From a virus: 56,094 bases of DNA. Numbering within the stretch: the stretch's first letter is position 1; each line of letters opens with the position of its first letter. The DNA is taken from the IMG/VR virus record IMGVR_UViG_3300034069_002176; one strand, given 5' to 3'. The notes under the pieces are model-generated. The model was not told the DNA's origin. It did no database searches and was given only the letters and a program-made list of their open reading frames with translations. The translations under genes and the position numbers were made by a program. This document shows, one piece after another, positions 54,990-56,094 of the stretch.

Positions 54990-55952
54990 CTAGTTGTACT
55001 GAACGAATGCGATAACCCGGAGACCCTTGTGGTTCACACCGGACTGATGTCCAAGACGGTCGATGTACACCCGCCCAGTTCTCAGACCCTGCTCAACCAC
55101 ACCTGAGTAGAACGCGGGGAACTGCATAGCGAAGAATGGCGAAAGTTCGCCAATGAGCCCGCCGTCGATGAATACTTGAACCGTCATCATGCCTGCGTAG
55201 TCGCCGCTATTGACACGCTTCAAAGTGAATTCTGCATTGGTGTGAAGTGCAGTCTGATTCATGAGCTTACTCAGAATGTACGGGGTATTCTCGCCAATGC
55301 TGTTGAGGTAGGCACCTGATTCTTCGAGCTTGGGCGGATGTGAACGACGAAGGTGTGAAGGTGTGTTCAACCAAATGGCGAATTCTTCAGGCTTGGGTAA
55401 AAAGACCATGACGTTTCTTCCACCGAGGGTGTTGTACTCACGTCCATCAACGAGAATGTCACGACCCTCGTCTTCTAGCTGTTTCAAGAATGGAAGATAT
55501 ACCGGTACCCAGAAATCCGTAAGGTAACCCACTGTTTTCTTCTTGTACTGAATAGCAACGTCATAGTCGCCATTTGAGTACGGCTCTAAGACGAGGTGGA
55601 ACTTATGAATACGCTGACGGTATTTACGGAAACCAGGAAGACGGAACATGCCACGTGTGCGACCGACAACTTCTTGTGCACCAGGAAGTTCCACTGAGTC
55701 CTTGTCTGGAACATCGAGGCTGATACCAGGCATGACAAGACCCGTGCTGAAGTTGCGAACGTTGAAAGGCTGGGTCGGACGCGCAGGCTTCTTCGAAGTG
55801 AGATACGGCTCCATCCTTTTGATGTTACCGATGTACGGTTCCGGTTCTTCTTTCTTCAGTGGCTCACTATGGTGAGTCCATGCATCGCCGTCCCACCATC
55901 GAACCATTGTCTGATTCGCGGGGTCGGGGTACCAACCTTCCGGTGCGCTCAC
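54990..55952 (-). CDS. DUF2510-domain protein with a possible HIRAN-like region
   Basis: APEGWYPDP...RWWDGDAWT (DUF2510); LVLEP.SN..D VAI....VGYL; GAGG RBS before GTG. Confidence 0.75.
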   Translation of the reverse strand: MSAPEGWYPDPANQTMVRWWDGDAWTHHSEPLKKEEPEPYIGNIKRMEPYLTSKKPARPTQPFNVRNFSTGLVMPGISLDVPDKDSVELPGAQEVVGRTRGMFRLPGFRKYRQRIHKFHLVLEPYSNGDYDVAIQYKKKTVGYLTDFWVPVYLPFLKQLEDEGRDILVDGREYNTLGGRNVMVFLPKPEEFAIWLNTPSHLRRSHPPKLEESGAYLNSIGENTPYILSKLMNQTALHTNAEFTLKRVNSGDYAGMMTVQVFIDGGLIGELSPFFAMQFPAFYSGVVEQGLRTGRVYIDRLGHQSGVNHKGLRVIAFVQYN

Positions 55953-56094
55953 AACTCGCCTCTCGTTTATGGGATGCTGAATAGCCGATGCAATAGTATC
56001 TAATTGTGCAGCCCGCATCGCTGTTTTGGAGTTTGCGGCATCTGTTGCTGATAGCAGTTCTCTGCTACGATGAATCTAACGAATAGGAGTTCTC

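Noticed and set aside
1-56094. CRISPR array, IS/transposase, integrase, and phage structural or replication genes
   Set aside because: I saw no regularly spaced repeats and no recognisable hallmark proteins. The phage assignment is therefore inference from gene content and organisation.
1-56094. Genome-wide TAG recoding
   Set aside because: Long genes are intact under the standard code, and many end at TAG right before terminators or convergent neighbours.

Overview
This 56 kb window is densely packed with about 90 mostly short genes on both strands. By eye the GC is about 50-55%. There are many sigma-A-like TTGACN-N17-TANNNT promoters, many leaderless starts and many bidirectional terminators. 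I see no capsid, terminase, polymerase, rRNA or tRNA genes. The content best fits the accessory or host-takeover region of a very large actinobacterial phage, or less likely a megaplasmid; this is an inference. Recognisable genes include an SLT lytic transglycosylase, a minimal VIT1/CCC1, two GNATs, an HD hydrolase, an HNH nuclease, DUF59/SufT, a fatty-acid desaturase, a metallophosphoesterase, an ADP-ribosylglycohydrolase, NADAR, a macro domain, a HAD, a RuvC-like resolvase, thioredoxin, a nuclease-less MmeI-like methyltransferase and a TROVE-like-repeat/TerD protein. Three unexplained patterns stand out. (1) Eight otherwise unrelated proteins share an N-terminal tag, P-[IV]-[VTI]-DKNG[KI]-x-[TS]-x-[VR]. 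Five of their six transcription units share a non-canonical promoter, [GA]TC[GT]-N11-TAC[AT][AC]T. This is a candidate co-regulated, signal-addressed cargo system, such as virion-packaged effectors. (2) Six other unrelated proteins share a C-terminal tail of about 30 aa, with the core [NHS]-x-[IV]D-x-x-L. (3) Several ORF-free promoter-structured RNA-terminator units are present, two of them flanking the TROVE-like/TerD gene, suggesting a Ro/Y-RNA-like ribonucleoprotein. All family assignments come from motif recognition by eye, not from database searches.
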